From Candidatus Omnitrophota bacterium (GTDB lineage Bacteria; Omnitrophota; Gorgyraeia; B26-G9), in assembly GCA_043826565.1 (NCBI GenBank), contig JBDRPX010000037.1, forward strand, positions 5,669 through 69,668: a stretch of 64,000 nucleotides of DNA, in the 5' to 3' direction. The position numbers and the translations under genes are program-made. Positions 55,951-64,000 of the stretch are shown one piece after another. Under the pieces are notes generated by a model, which was given only the letters and a program-made list of their open reading frames with translations, ran no database searches and had not been told where the DNA came from. Each line of letters begins with the position of its first letter. Position 1 is the first letter of the stretch.

Positions 55951-58122
55951 ATGGATATATTATTGTTCCCTGTCCCAGTGGTTGCTGTTTTTGCTTTAGT
56001 TCTGGGCATTTTTGTTTTTAAGCATAATACTGCTGCAAGTGTAAATAGAGGGTTTTTAGCTTGCGGGATAGCGGTATTTATATGGCTATTTGTTACGAGC
56101 CTTGGATATATTATTAAGGATCGCTCAATGGCTCTTGTCTTGGGAAAACTGGGATATATTGGTGTCCTGTATATCCCCGCTGTATTTTATCATTTTACTA
56201 TTGGTTTTCTGAAAAAAACTGAAAAGGCAAAGTTTATAGCGGTCATTTATGGCATAAGCTCTATATTTACTTTTTATCTATTCTTAACTTCTTGCTTGGT
56301 TTCAGGGGTAAATGTTTTCCCGTGGGGATATTATATTCGTGCAGGTATTCTCACTCCGGTTTTTCTTCTTTTTTTTGTTTCTTCTTATCTGAGTTGCTTG
56401 ATACTTTTATTGTTGGCGGTAAAAGAAGAAAAAGGGGGTGCTATAGATCAGATTAAAAAGAAATACATTTTTATTGCTTTTTTTATTCCGGTATTTGCTT
56501 GTATAGATTTTATTCCGCAGTTTAATATTTTAGTGTATCCGTTAGGCTATATATTTATTTTCATTTGGCTTTCAGTAGTAGCTTATACAATACTTAAATA
56601 TCAATTTTTGGACATTCGCCTTGTTTTTACACGCACGGCAATTTTAATTATTGTTTACGCTTTAATTATTAGTACTCCGTTTGTTTTTATAGGTTGTTTC
56701 AGAAGCTGGCTGGTAACGGTGTTGAAAGACAAGTGGTTTTACCCGCCGTTATTTTTATATTCGGTATTAGCTTTGCTGGCTCCGTATATTTATTTGCGGC
56801 TGCAGGAAAAAGCCGAGCATAAAAGGATGATGCGGCAGTTGTGGCTGCACCAGTCACTGGCCGCGGCTTCTAAAACCACGATCGAAGTCCAGAGTGTAAA
56901 TAAGTTAGCCAAAGTAATTCCGCGTTATTTATTAAGGCTTTATGCGAAACTGGACAATAAAATTGAGCATATTAGTTTATTTCTTTTAGACAAAAGCAAA
57001 AAAATGTATCAGCTTAGATCTTCCGTAGGCAAGAAAAAATTAGATGCTGATACAGTAATTTGCGCGGACAGTTATCTGGTGGAGTGGTTTACCCGTACCC
57101 GGAATACCCTGATCGAAGCCGGTGTTGTCAGGTTGAAGGAGGTTGCCGTATTAGTTTATGAGGATATTGACTATTTGCTGGGTAAAACTCATCGGGGGAA
57201 TATCCCGGGGGAAGACCTGCGCCATATTTTAGAAAGATTGAAAGGTATTCTTTGGGCATTAGATGCCCGGATTGTTATCCCCTCGGTTTATCAAAACGAG
57301 CTGTTGGGTTTTTTGATCTTAGGTGAAAAAACGCCGGACCTTTATACCTCAAGCGATATCGATACTTTTTCTGTTTTAGCTAATGACAGTGCCATGTCTT
57401 TTAAAGCCGCCGAATTATTTGAGGATTTAAAAATTGCCCAGGCCCGGATGATTCAGTCGGAGAAATTAAGTTTGCTCGGACAGCTGGCTTCTTCAATGGC
57501 GCATGAGATCAATAATCCCTTAGCGATCATTTCCGGGCATACTCAGCTGCTGATCATGGAGGAAAAAGATAAACGAAAACGGGAAACACTGGAAAAAATT
57601 GATGCCCAGACCGCCCGGGGGTATAAGATAATCCGCCGTTTGCTTAATTTTTCGCGTCTGCCTAAAGAAGAAATTAAAGATATTAATATTAATGATCTTA
57701 TTGATGAGACATTGGAACTGGTTGACCATAAGATGATGCATACTAAAATAATCATAAACAAAAAATTCGGAAGCTTAAATATTATCCAGGGTAACCCTAC
57801 TCAAATCCAGGAAGTTTTGCTCAATCTTTTTGTCAATGCCATTCAGGCTATGCCGCAGGGCGGCAGTTTGAGTATTTTTACCGAGCAAGTTGATTGTATG
57901 GTAATCATAGAAGTGCAGGATGCCGGGGAAGGGGTAAAAGAGGAAGATCTGGAAAATGTTTTTGATCCCTTTTATACGAAGGGCAAAGAGAACGGTACCG
58001 GGTTAGGATTATTTGTTGCCGACCAGATAATGAAACTGCATAAAGGAAGTATAGGTTTGAAAAGCACAATAGGTAAAGGTACTACCTTTACTTTGAAATT
58101 CCCGCTTAATTTAGATGGTTGA
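55951..58122 (+). CDS. membrane sensor histidine kinase (N-terminal multi-TM domain + HisKA + HATPase_c), orphan
   Basis: about 8 predicted TM helices; H-box SMAHEINNPL; G-boxes GTGLGL; no adjacent response regulator. Confidence 0.75.
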   Translation: MDILLFPVPVVAVFALVLGIFVFKHNTAASVNRGFLACGIAVFIWLFVTSLGYIIKDRSMALVLGKLGYIGVLYIPAVFYHFTIGFLKKTEKAKFIAVIYGISSIFTFYLFLTSCLVSGVNVFPWGYYIRAGILTPVFLLFFVSSYLSCLILLLLAVKEEKGGAIDQIKKKYIFIAFFIPVFACIDFIPQFNILVYPLGYIFIFIWLSVVAYTILKYQFLDIRLVFTRTAILIIVYALIISTPFVFIGCFRSWLVTVLKDKWFYPPLFLYSVLALLAPYIYLRLQEKAEHKRMMRQLWLHQSLAAASKTTIEVQSVNKLAKVIPRYLLRLYAKLDNKIEHISLFLLDKSKKMYQLRSSVGKKKLDADTVICADSYLVEWFTRTRNTLIEAGVVRLKEVAVLVYEDIDYLLGKTHRGNIPGEDLRHILERLKGILWALDARIVIPSVYQNELLGFLILGEKTPDLYTSSDIDTFSVLANDSAMSFKAAELFEDLKIAQARMIQSEKLSLLGQLASSMAHEINNPLAIISGHTQLLIMEEKDKRKRETLEKIDAQTARGYKIIRRLLNFSRLPKEEIKDININDLIDETLELVDHKMMHTKIIINKKFGSLNIIQGNPTQIQEVLLNLFVNAIQAMPQGGSLSIFTEQVDCMVIIEVQDAGEGVKEEDLENVFDPFYTKGKENGTGLGLFVADQIMKLHKGSIGLKSTIGKGTTFTLKFPLNLDG

Positions 58123-58218
58123 TAAAAACCAAAAATTGAATATTGATTTCTATTTTCAACTTTCAATGCTAAATGATTTACTATTCATGCATTATCCTTC
58201 CTGTGTTATAATACAATT

Positions 58219-58830
58219 ATGAGAAATGGGTTTACATTATTAGAAGTATTGATTGGGATTACCATATTTGCGATTGTCGCGGCTTCGGTTTATACCAGCC
58301 TGGCCTTAGGGATCAAGGTTTTTAAGCAGGAAGAAGCGCGTGATGAGCTGATGCAGGAAGCCATGGTCACTATCGGAGAAGTGCAAAGGTGCGTGCGCTG
58401 TGCTTTTATTAACCCGGAAAATGAAAATATTAAGTTTTTGGGAACAAAGGACAGTTTAGATTTATTTTCGGTTAATCAGGAAGGCGATGTGGAAAATGTT
58501 TCTTTTTATCTGGAAGCTTCCGATGGAGACCCCGGAGTGAAAGCTCTTTTTCGGGTAACCCGGCCGTATCTACAAAGTGAAAATGAAGAAATCCCGGGTA
58601 ATGTCGAGCTTATCCATGAAGGAATAGAGAAATTTGAATTAAGTTACTTTGACGCGAAAGATCAGAAGTGGTATGAAGAATGGCCCGAGGAATTGACTCT
58701 TCCGTCACAGATCAAGCTGGATATCGGGTTTAAGGCGGCGAACGAAAAACAAAGCGGTATTGAGCTGGCTAAGTATATGAATATCCCCTTGGCCAAAATA
58801 ATAAATTTTTCAGGGCCGGAAAGTGAATAA
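58219..58830 (+). CDS. prepilin-type N-terminal cleavage/methylation domain protein (minor pseudopilin, GspJ/PilW-like)
   Basis: GFTLLEVLIGITIFAIV class III signal. Confidence 0.6.
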   Translation: MRNGFTLLEVLIGITIFAIVAASVYTSLALGIKVFKQEEARDELMQEAMVTIGEVQRCVRCAFINPENENIKFLGTKDSLDLFSVNQEGDVENVSFYLEASDGDPGVKALFRVTRPYLQSENEEIPGNVELIHEGIEKFELSYFDAKDQKWYEEWPEELTLPSQIKLDIGFKAANEKQSGIELAKYMNIPLAKIINFSGPESE

Positions 58831-59665
58831 AACAATTCAGAATAAAAGCGGGACGATTTTAGTCTTAGTATTGTGGGTGCTGTTCTTTTTGTCGGTAGTG
58901 GTGCTGACTTTAGGATTTAAGAACAGGATAAGCATAAGGCTGCGCAGTTTAAATAATGAGCAATTAAAAATGTTTTATCTGGCGAAAGAAGGCCTTAACC
59001 GCGCGATTATGGAACTTGCCGAAGATAACCCTGATTTTGATGCTTTTATGGATAATTGGAGTAAAGATTTTACTTTACAAAATGAAGAGGGATTGTTATC
59101 TTACAAAGTGATTGATGAAGACAGGCGTGTTAATATCAATACTGTTGAACAGGATATTTTAAATAATATAAAGTTGATCGTGCCTGGTTTTACAGATCAG
59201 GAAAAAGAACTAATTGCCAAGCTTCGCCCCTTTAATGTGGAGCGGGAAATTCTGGCTGCGGCGGGGATTGATGAAGAGGTTTTTTGCGCTGATGAGGCTG
59301 TCGGGGGAGTAGGTTTAAGTGATTTAATTACCGTATATTCTGATGGTAGAATAAACTTAAATACTGCTTCTAAAGAAGTTCTCATGATTTTACCACAGGT
59401 AACGGAAGCTGTGGCCATGTCGATAATCGACCATCGCGCGGGGGCTCCGTTTGAAAGTGAAGAGGCTTTATCTGAAGACTTATCGCTTTTGGGTTTAACT
59501 CCGGCGCAGGTAAGTTCGATTGTAAAATTTACTAAAGTTAGTTCTTCTGTATTTCGGATCAGGGCAACAGCTTCTTCCGGGAATAAGCATATTTCCAAAG
59601 ACTTGGAAATGGTCATCAGCCGTAATAAAGGAAAATTTAATACATTGTTTTTTAAGGAGAATTAG
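58823..59665 (+). CDS. GspK/PilX-like minor pseudopilin with HhH motif
   Basis: N-terminal hydrophobic LVLVLWVL; internal ININTAS..VL helix-hairpin-helix as in GspK. Confidence 0.5.
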   Translation: MNKTIQNKSGTILVLVLWVLFFLSVVVLTLGFKNRISIRLRSLNNEQLKMFYLAKEGLNRAIMELAEDNPDFDAFMDNWSKDFTLQNEEGLLSYKVIDEDRRVNINTVEQDILNNIKLIVPGFTDQEKELIAKLRPFNVEREILAAAGIDEEVFCADEAVGGVGLSDLITVYSDGRINLNTASKEVLMILPQVTEAVAMSIIDHRAGAPFESEEALSEDLSLLGLTPAQVSSIVKFTKVSSSVFRIRATASSGNKHISKDLEMVISRNKGKFNTLFFKEN

Positions 59666-59667
59666 TT

Positions 59668-61023
59668 TTGCTCAAATACATTGCTTACCTTACAAAGAAA
59701 AAATTACGCATAGTTGTGTTTAATGTTTCTCGTGATTTCCGCAGGATCATTAAAGACAAAAGTATTGAATTACCGCAGGAAATAGTCGATCCGTCTCATC
59801 TAAAAGGTATTATTCAAAAAGAAGGTTTAGCAAAATCACGCTTTTTAAGTTGTTTTTTTCGTCATGAAGTAGGTGTAAGATTTTTCTCTTTTCCTTCCCG
59901 TCAGGAGCAGGAAATCGCGAGGATGGTAGATTACGAAGCGGCCGAGCTTCTACCTCTAAAACCGGAAGAGACAATTACCCGGCATTTGGTGTTAAATTCC
60001 CGCCCGGACGGGTATTCTGATACTTTTGTGGTTGTTACCCATAAAGAAGAGGTGGAAAAGCGGGTAAAAATTTTTGAGTCAGCCGGAGCTGAGATCGAGA
60101 GTTTAGGATTAAGCAGTCTGGCGATTTTCGCTTGTGTTAAAAAATTGATCATTGAAAAAAACAAATCTTCGTCAAAAGGGAATTTTCTGATTGTTTATCA
60201 GGAAGATGATGCGGTAGAGGTCATTATTATTAAAAACGAAAATTTAGTATTCAGCCGGGGTTTTTTGATGGAAACCGGCAATGATTTTCATAAAGGGCTT
60301 ATTAGTGAAATACGTCATAGTATTTCCTTGTTTTCCGATACTAAAAAAGAGGATAATTTTGACCGGATTATAATTAGCGGACACGGAGTGAACTTGGACG
60401 AAATAAAGGAAACTCTTAAAGATAAATTTGATGTGCCGATATATATAGAAGAAAAAATTGATATTGCTTATGGTTTGTCACTGGGGAATAAATCAGGGAT
60501 AAATCTCCTAAGCAATGAATTTGTAAATGCCAGAACCAAGAAAAAGCTAAAGAAAAAAATTTTACTAATGCTTTCTCTTCTAACTATAAGTATTATTCTT
60601 TCCGGGGTGCTTTTTATTACTCGTTTGCATAATAAAAAAGCTTATCTGGATAGTTTAAAAGAGCGTATGACGCAATTAAAACCCCAGGCGAAGGAGCTTC
60701 AGAATAAATTGGTTAAAATCCAGATGGTTAAGGTGCAGTTAAATTCGCAGATATTGATTTTAAATGCTATTAGCGATTTGGTAAGAGTGACCTCTTCTTC
60801 CTGCGTTTTAAACATGCTTTCGGTTAATGAAGAAGGGGTTTTGGTACTGCGCGGTCAGGCAGAAAATCTACAGGAAGTCCTGGATTTTGTTTCAAAGCTT
60901 GAAAATTCTCCATATTTTGAAGATAGCCATCTTAACTACTCCAGTCGAAGAAAGATAAGAGATAAAGAGGTCTTGGATTTTGAAATACAGGCAAGATTAA
61001 TGAAAGAGAAAATTAATAATTAA
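59668..61023 (+). CDS. PilM/PilN-fusion or GspL-like pilus/T2SS assembly protein
   Basis: actin-like ATPase fold N-term, single TM about aa 295-320, coiled-coil periplasmic C-term. Confidence 0.4.
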   Translation: MLKYIAYLTKKKLRIVVFNVSRDFRRIIKDKSIELPQEIVDPSHLKGIIQKEGLAKSRFLSCFFRHEVGVRFFSFPSRQEQEIARMVDYEAAELLPLKPEETITRHLVLNSRPDGYSDTFVVVTHKEEVEKRVKIFESAGAEIESLGLSSLAIFACVKKLIIEKNKSSSKGNFLIVYQEDDAVEVIIIKNENLVFSRGFLMETGNDFHKGLISEIRHSISLFSDTKKEDNFDRIIISGHGVNLDEIKETLKDKFDVPIYIEEKIDIAYGLSLGNKSGINLLSNEFVNARTKKKLKKKILLMLSLLTISIILSGVLFITRLHNKKAYLDSLKERMTQLKPQAKELQNKLVKIQMVKVQLNSQILILNAISDLVRVTSSSCVLNMLSVNEEGVLVLRGQAENLQEVLDFVSKLENSPYFEDSHLNYSSRRKIRDKEVLDFEIQARLMKEKINN

Positions 61024-61159
61024 AGCCCGTCAATAAAATATCCATAATTTAAACCCATAACCAATAATAATTCAAAAAGATGGAGTCATTCTTCTTTAGA
61101 CTGGAAGATATTTATAATTAAGTAAAATAATAATAGACAATAAAAATTAAAGAATGACC

Positions 61160-61259
61160 CTGATTACAATGATTAAAAAACTGATTACACCGATTGGATA
61201 ACTTATTTTAATAGTTATATTAAAATCTGTGTAATCTTTTAAAAATCTGTGAAATCAGG
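61160..61259 (+). promoter_or_regulatory. array of CTGATTACAC motifs (2 direct + 2 inverted copies) in the rsmD upstream spacer
   Basis: ctgattaca 61160, ctgattacac 61181, gtgtaatc 61229, gtgaaatcag 61249. Confidence 0.35.
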
Positions 61260-61295
61260 TTCTTTTATTCAACTTAAACAAGAAAGAACCAAAAG

Positions 61296-61868
61296 ATGCG
61301 AATTACATCAGGAGACTTTAAAGGCAGGACTTTAAAGATCCCTAAATCGAAAAATGTACGGCCGACTAGCGAAAAAGTCCGTCAGGCCATATTTGATGTG
61401 CTCGGTGATTTTGTGCAGGGAAAAGAAGTCCTGGATCTCTTTAGCGGCAGCGGAGCGCTAGGCTGTGAGGCATTAAGCCGTGGGGCGAAAGGGGTTACGT
61501 TTGTTGAAAACAGGAGAGAAAGTGTCCGGATTATTCGTGAAAACCTGGTATCATTGAAGTTAGATAAAAAATGCACCATATTAGCTCAAGATGTGCTTAC
61601 TGTGGGGGGTATTTTAGCCAAAAAAAACAAGAAATTTCAGGTTATTTTAGCGGATCCTCCTTACCGCCAAGACCTGGCAAAAAAATGCTTGCTCGAAATA
61701 GTCAAGTATGATATATTGAACGCGCCAACTATTATTATAATAGAACATTATAAAAAAGATGAGTTGCCCCAACAACTTGGAGACATTGAACTTTGGCAGC
61801 TTAAAAAGTATGGGGACACTTTTGTGTCTTTTTATCAAATGAGGCAATCACTTAGCGGACAAAGTTAA
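61296..61868 (+). CDS. rsmD: 16S rRNA (guanine966-N2)-methyltransferase
   Basis: LDLFSGSGALG and DPPY motifs; 190 aa. Confidence 0.85.
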   Translation: MRITSGDFKGRTLKIPKSKNVRPTSEKVRQAIFDVLGDFVQGKEVLDLFSGSGALGCEALSRGAKGVTFVENRRESVRIIRENLVSLKLDKKCTILAQDVLTVGGILAKKNKKFQVILADPPYRQDLAKKCLLEIVKYDILNAPTIIIIEHYKKDELPQQLGDIELWQLKKYGDTFVSFYQMRQSLSGQS

Positions 61869-61970
61869 GCTAAGTGATATTACCGAATTTGACCCCGCCA
61901 AGATTTCCGCCAAAAAAAATAGCGGACAGGTATGGCGGGTTAAAGAAGGCAGGACTAGGGAGGGATTATC

Positions 61971-62453
61971 TTGAAAAGGCGTGCGGTATATCCGGGAACA
62001 TTTGATCCGGTGACCTATGGTCATATTGATATAATTAAACGGGCGGCAGCCATTTATGATGAAGTTATTGTTGCTGTTGCTCATAATGCGTCGAAAAAAC
62101 CATTGTTTAACTGGGACGAGCGGGTAGCGATGATTAAAAAGGCAACCTGTAATTTAAAAGGTGTTGTCGTGGATAGGTTTGAATGTCTAATGGTTGATTA
62201 CGTAAGCAGTAAAAATGCTAAAGTAGTTATTCGCGGATTAAGGATGATCTCTGATTTTGAATCTGAATTTCAGATGGCCTTGACCAATAGAAAGCTTAAT
62301 AACAAAATTGAGACTATCTTTATGATGCCGAATGAATCGTATTCTTTTGTTTCCAGTAAGCTTATCAAAGAAGTTGCTCTATTAAGTGCTGATTTGTCAG
62401 CGTTTGTGCCGTTGTTTGTGGAAAAGAAACTTAAAGCAGTGCTAAAGAAATAA
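61971..62453 (+). CDS. coaD: phosphopantetheine adenylyltransferase
   Basis: AVYPGTFDPVTYGHIDII; 160 aa; non-ATG (TTG) start per ORF track. Confidence 0.9.
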   Translation: MKRRAVYPGTFDPVTYGHIDIIKRAAAIYDEVIVAVAHNASKKPLFNWDERVAMIKKATCNLKGVVVDRFECLMVDYVSSKNAKVVIRGLRMISDFESEFQMALTNRKLNNKIETIFMMPNESYSFVSSKLIKEVALLSADLSAFVPLFVEKKLKAVLKK

Positions 62454-62465
62454 GGTGGAGAAATA

Positions 62466-63461
62466 ATGGATATTATTAGTCAAATAAGAGAGAAATCAGT
62501 ACAAAAGCAGCGGACAATAGTACTGCCGGAAACAGCAGACAAACGAATTTTAGAAGCAACGAAGATCATCATTGAAAAAAACTATGCGAAAATAATACTT
62601 ATCGGGGCCGAAGAAAACCTTAAAGGTCCGGCAGCGGAAATAGGATTGGATTTATCAAAGGTTACGGTGGTTAATCCTTTAACAAGTCCGGACTTGGAAA
62701 AGTATGCGAGAGAGTTTTATGAGTTAAGAAAACATAAAGGTATCACTGAGGCAGAGGCCAAAGAGCAGATATGTAATTTTGTTTATTTTGGCGCGATGAT
62801 GGTGCGTAACGGGATTGCTGACGGGCTGGTTGCCGGAGCGATTACCACCACGGCCGATGTCGCAAAATCTGCAATTTATTGTATTGGTTTTGGGGAGCAG
62901 GTAAGGACTCTATCAAGCTGTTTTTTGATGAGTATTCCGGATAGTGAGTACGGTGAAAAGGGAACATTCGCTTTTGCCGATTGCGGGATCATTCCTGATC
63001 CCAAACCAGCGCAGTTAGCTAATATCGCGAAGTCCGCAGCAGATTTATTTGAGTTGTTGGTGGGGGTGCAGGCCAGGGTTGCTTTGTTGAGTTTTTCTAC
63101 TATGGGAAGCGCGGAGCATCCGACAATAGAAAAAGTTTTAAGCGCGAAAAAAATAATTGATGAAAAATATCCCGATCTAATTGCCGACGGAGAATTACAG
63201 GTTGATGCGGCAATTGTTCCGGAAATAGCTAAAATGAAAGCTCCGGACAGCAAAGTTGCCGGCCGGGCTAATGTGTTGATTTTTCCAACTCTTAATGCGG
63301 GAAATATCTCATATAAATTAGTGCAGCGTTTAGCCAAGGCTCAGGTTGTCGGGCCGATGCTGATTGGTTTTAAGAAGCCTTGCTGTGATCTATCCCGGGG
63401 CTGTACTATAGATGAGATTATTAATGCCGTGTGTTCAACAGCGATAAGAGTAACTGACTAA
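62466..63461 (+). CDS. pta: phosphate acetyl/butyryl-transferase
   Basis: about 330 aa; RTIVLPE...; C-terminal ...DLSRGC motif; followed by ackA. Confidence 0.75.
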   Translation: MDIISQIREKSVQKQRTIVLPETADKRILEATKIIIEKNYAKIILIGAEENLKGPAAEIGLDLSKVTVVNPLTSPDLEKYAREFYELRKHKGITEAEAKEQICNFVYFGAMMVRNGIADGLVAGAITTTADVAKSAIYCIGFGEQVRTLSSCFLMSIPDSEYGEKGTFAFADCGIIPDPKPAQLANIAKSAADLFELLVGVQARVALLSFSTMGSAEHPTIEKVLSAKKIIDEKYPDLIADGELQVDAAIVPEIAKMKAPDSKVAGRANVLIFPTLNAGNISYKLVQRLAKAQVVGPMLIGFKKPCCDLSRGCTIDEIINAVCSTAIRVTD

Positions 63462-63660
63462 AAAAGTAGAGAGTTCTTTGAAATTACAATATTCAATAAA
63501 CAAATTACAACCAATAGACAATTAAAAAAATAATATGCAATTTTAGTTTTTATAATTTGAGGTATCGTTTTATCTTTGTTGATTTGTATATTGGGATTTA
63601 TTTGTAATTTGGATTTTGTTTATTGTAATTTGCGAAAATACAAATTAATTTAAGGATAGA

Positions 63661-64000
63661 ATGAATATATTAATTATAAATTGCGGTAGTTCTTCGATAA
63701 AATATCAGCTTTTTTGCATGGAAACAAAATGCCCCCTGTTAAACGGGATAGTGGAAAAAGTCGGAGAAAGTAATGCTTATATAGAGCATCATAAAGATGG
63801 GCAGGAATATAAATCAAAAATTAAGGATTGCACGTATTTTACCGCGGTAAATAAAATTGCCGAATTGCTTGTCGATGAGACCTGGGGCGCGATGAAACAT
63901 GAAGACCAAATCGGGGCGATCGGACACCGGGTTGTGCACGGAGGTGAGGAGTTTACCTCTTCGGTTGTTATTGATAACCATGTAATGAAGAGAATTAAGT
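63661..64000 (+). CDS. ackA: acetate kinase (N-terminal fragment, runs off window)
   Basis: MNILIINCGSSSIKYQLF. Confidence 0.85.
   Translation, partial: MNILIINCGSSSIKYQLFCMETKCPLLNGIVEKVGESNAYIEHHKDGQEYKSKIKDCTYFTAVNKIAELLVDETWGAMKHEDQIGAIGHRVVHGGEEFTSSVVIDNHVMKRIK

Noticed and set aside
55951-58122. Histidine kinase as part of a two-component operon
   Set aside because: No response-regulator gene is adjacent on either side within the window. It is treated as an orphan/hybrid-less HK.

Overview
AT-rich (about 40% GC, CCGG-rich codon usage) chromosomal segment. It is probably from an uncultivated diderm bacterium: it carries an OM beta-barrel, ExbB/ExbD/TonB, a GT9 heptosyltransferase and T2SS/T4P-like pseudopilins. 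Almost all genes are on the + strand. The order is: (1) an alpha-glucan/trehalose cluster (HAD beta-PGM::T6P-phosphatase fusion, GH65 phosphorylase, TreZ, GH57, TreY, MalQ); (2) a promoter and a c-di-GMP-I (GEMM) riboswitch with an intrinsic-terminator expression platform at 13.15-13.36 kb; (3) a tandem array of five paralogous secreted proteins (13.75-25.6 kb). Each has a near-identical signal peptide, a conserved post-signal motif (L-[AST]-P-Q-hydrophobic...) and an invariant extreme C-terminus ...[ILV]-E-Q-A-[IV]-stop. Two 108-nt junction repeats are identical at nucleotide level, and a sixth diverged member sits at 40.5-42.9 kb. I consider this the most novel content; (4) hflX, then CIRCE-hrcA-grpE-dnaK-dnaJ; (5) housekeeping and envelope genes (FmdB, VanZ, DUF1015, HD, greA, PP-loop ATPase, BamE-like lipoproteins, GT9, hydrolase); (6) uvrA with an upstream ORF and a GC-rich hairpin; (7) a TPR protein, OM barrel and exbB-[four-helix-bundle insert]-exbD-tonB, then cutA; (8) a compositionally distinct block (SAM-MTase, CrtI-like FAD oxidoreductase) next to an orphan 7TM histidine kinase; (9) pseudopilin genes, rsmD, coaD, pta and partial ackA. 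Recurrent TCAAAA/TTTTGA intergenic repeats and post-stop GAGTAG heptamer arrays are also present. No rRNA, tRNA, CRISPR or transposase genes were recognised.
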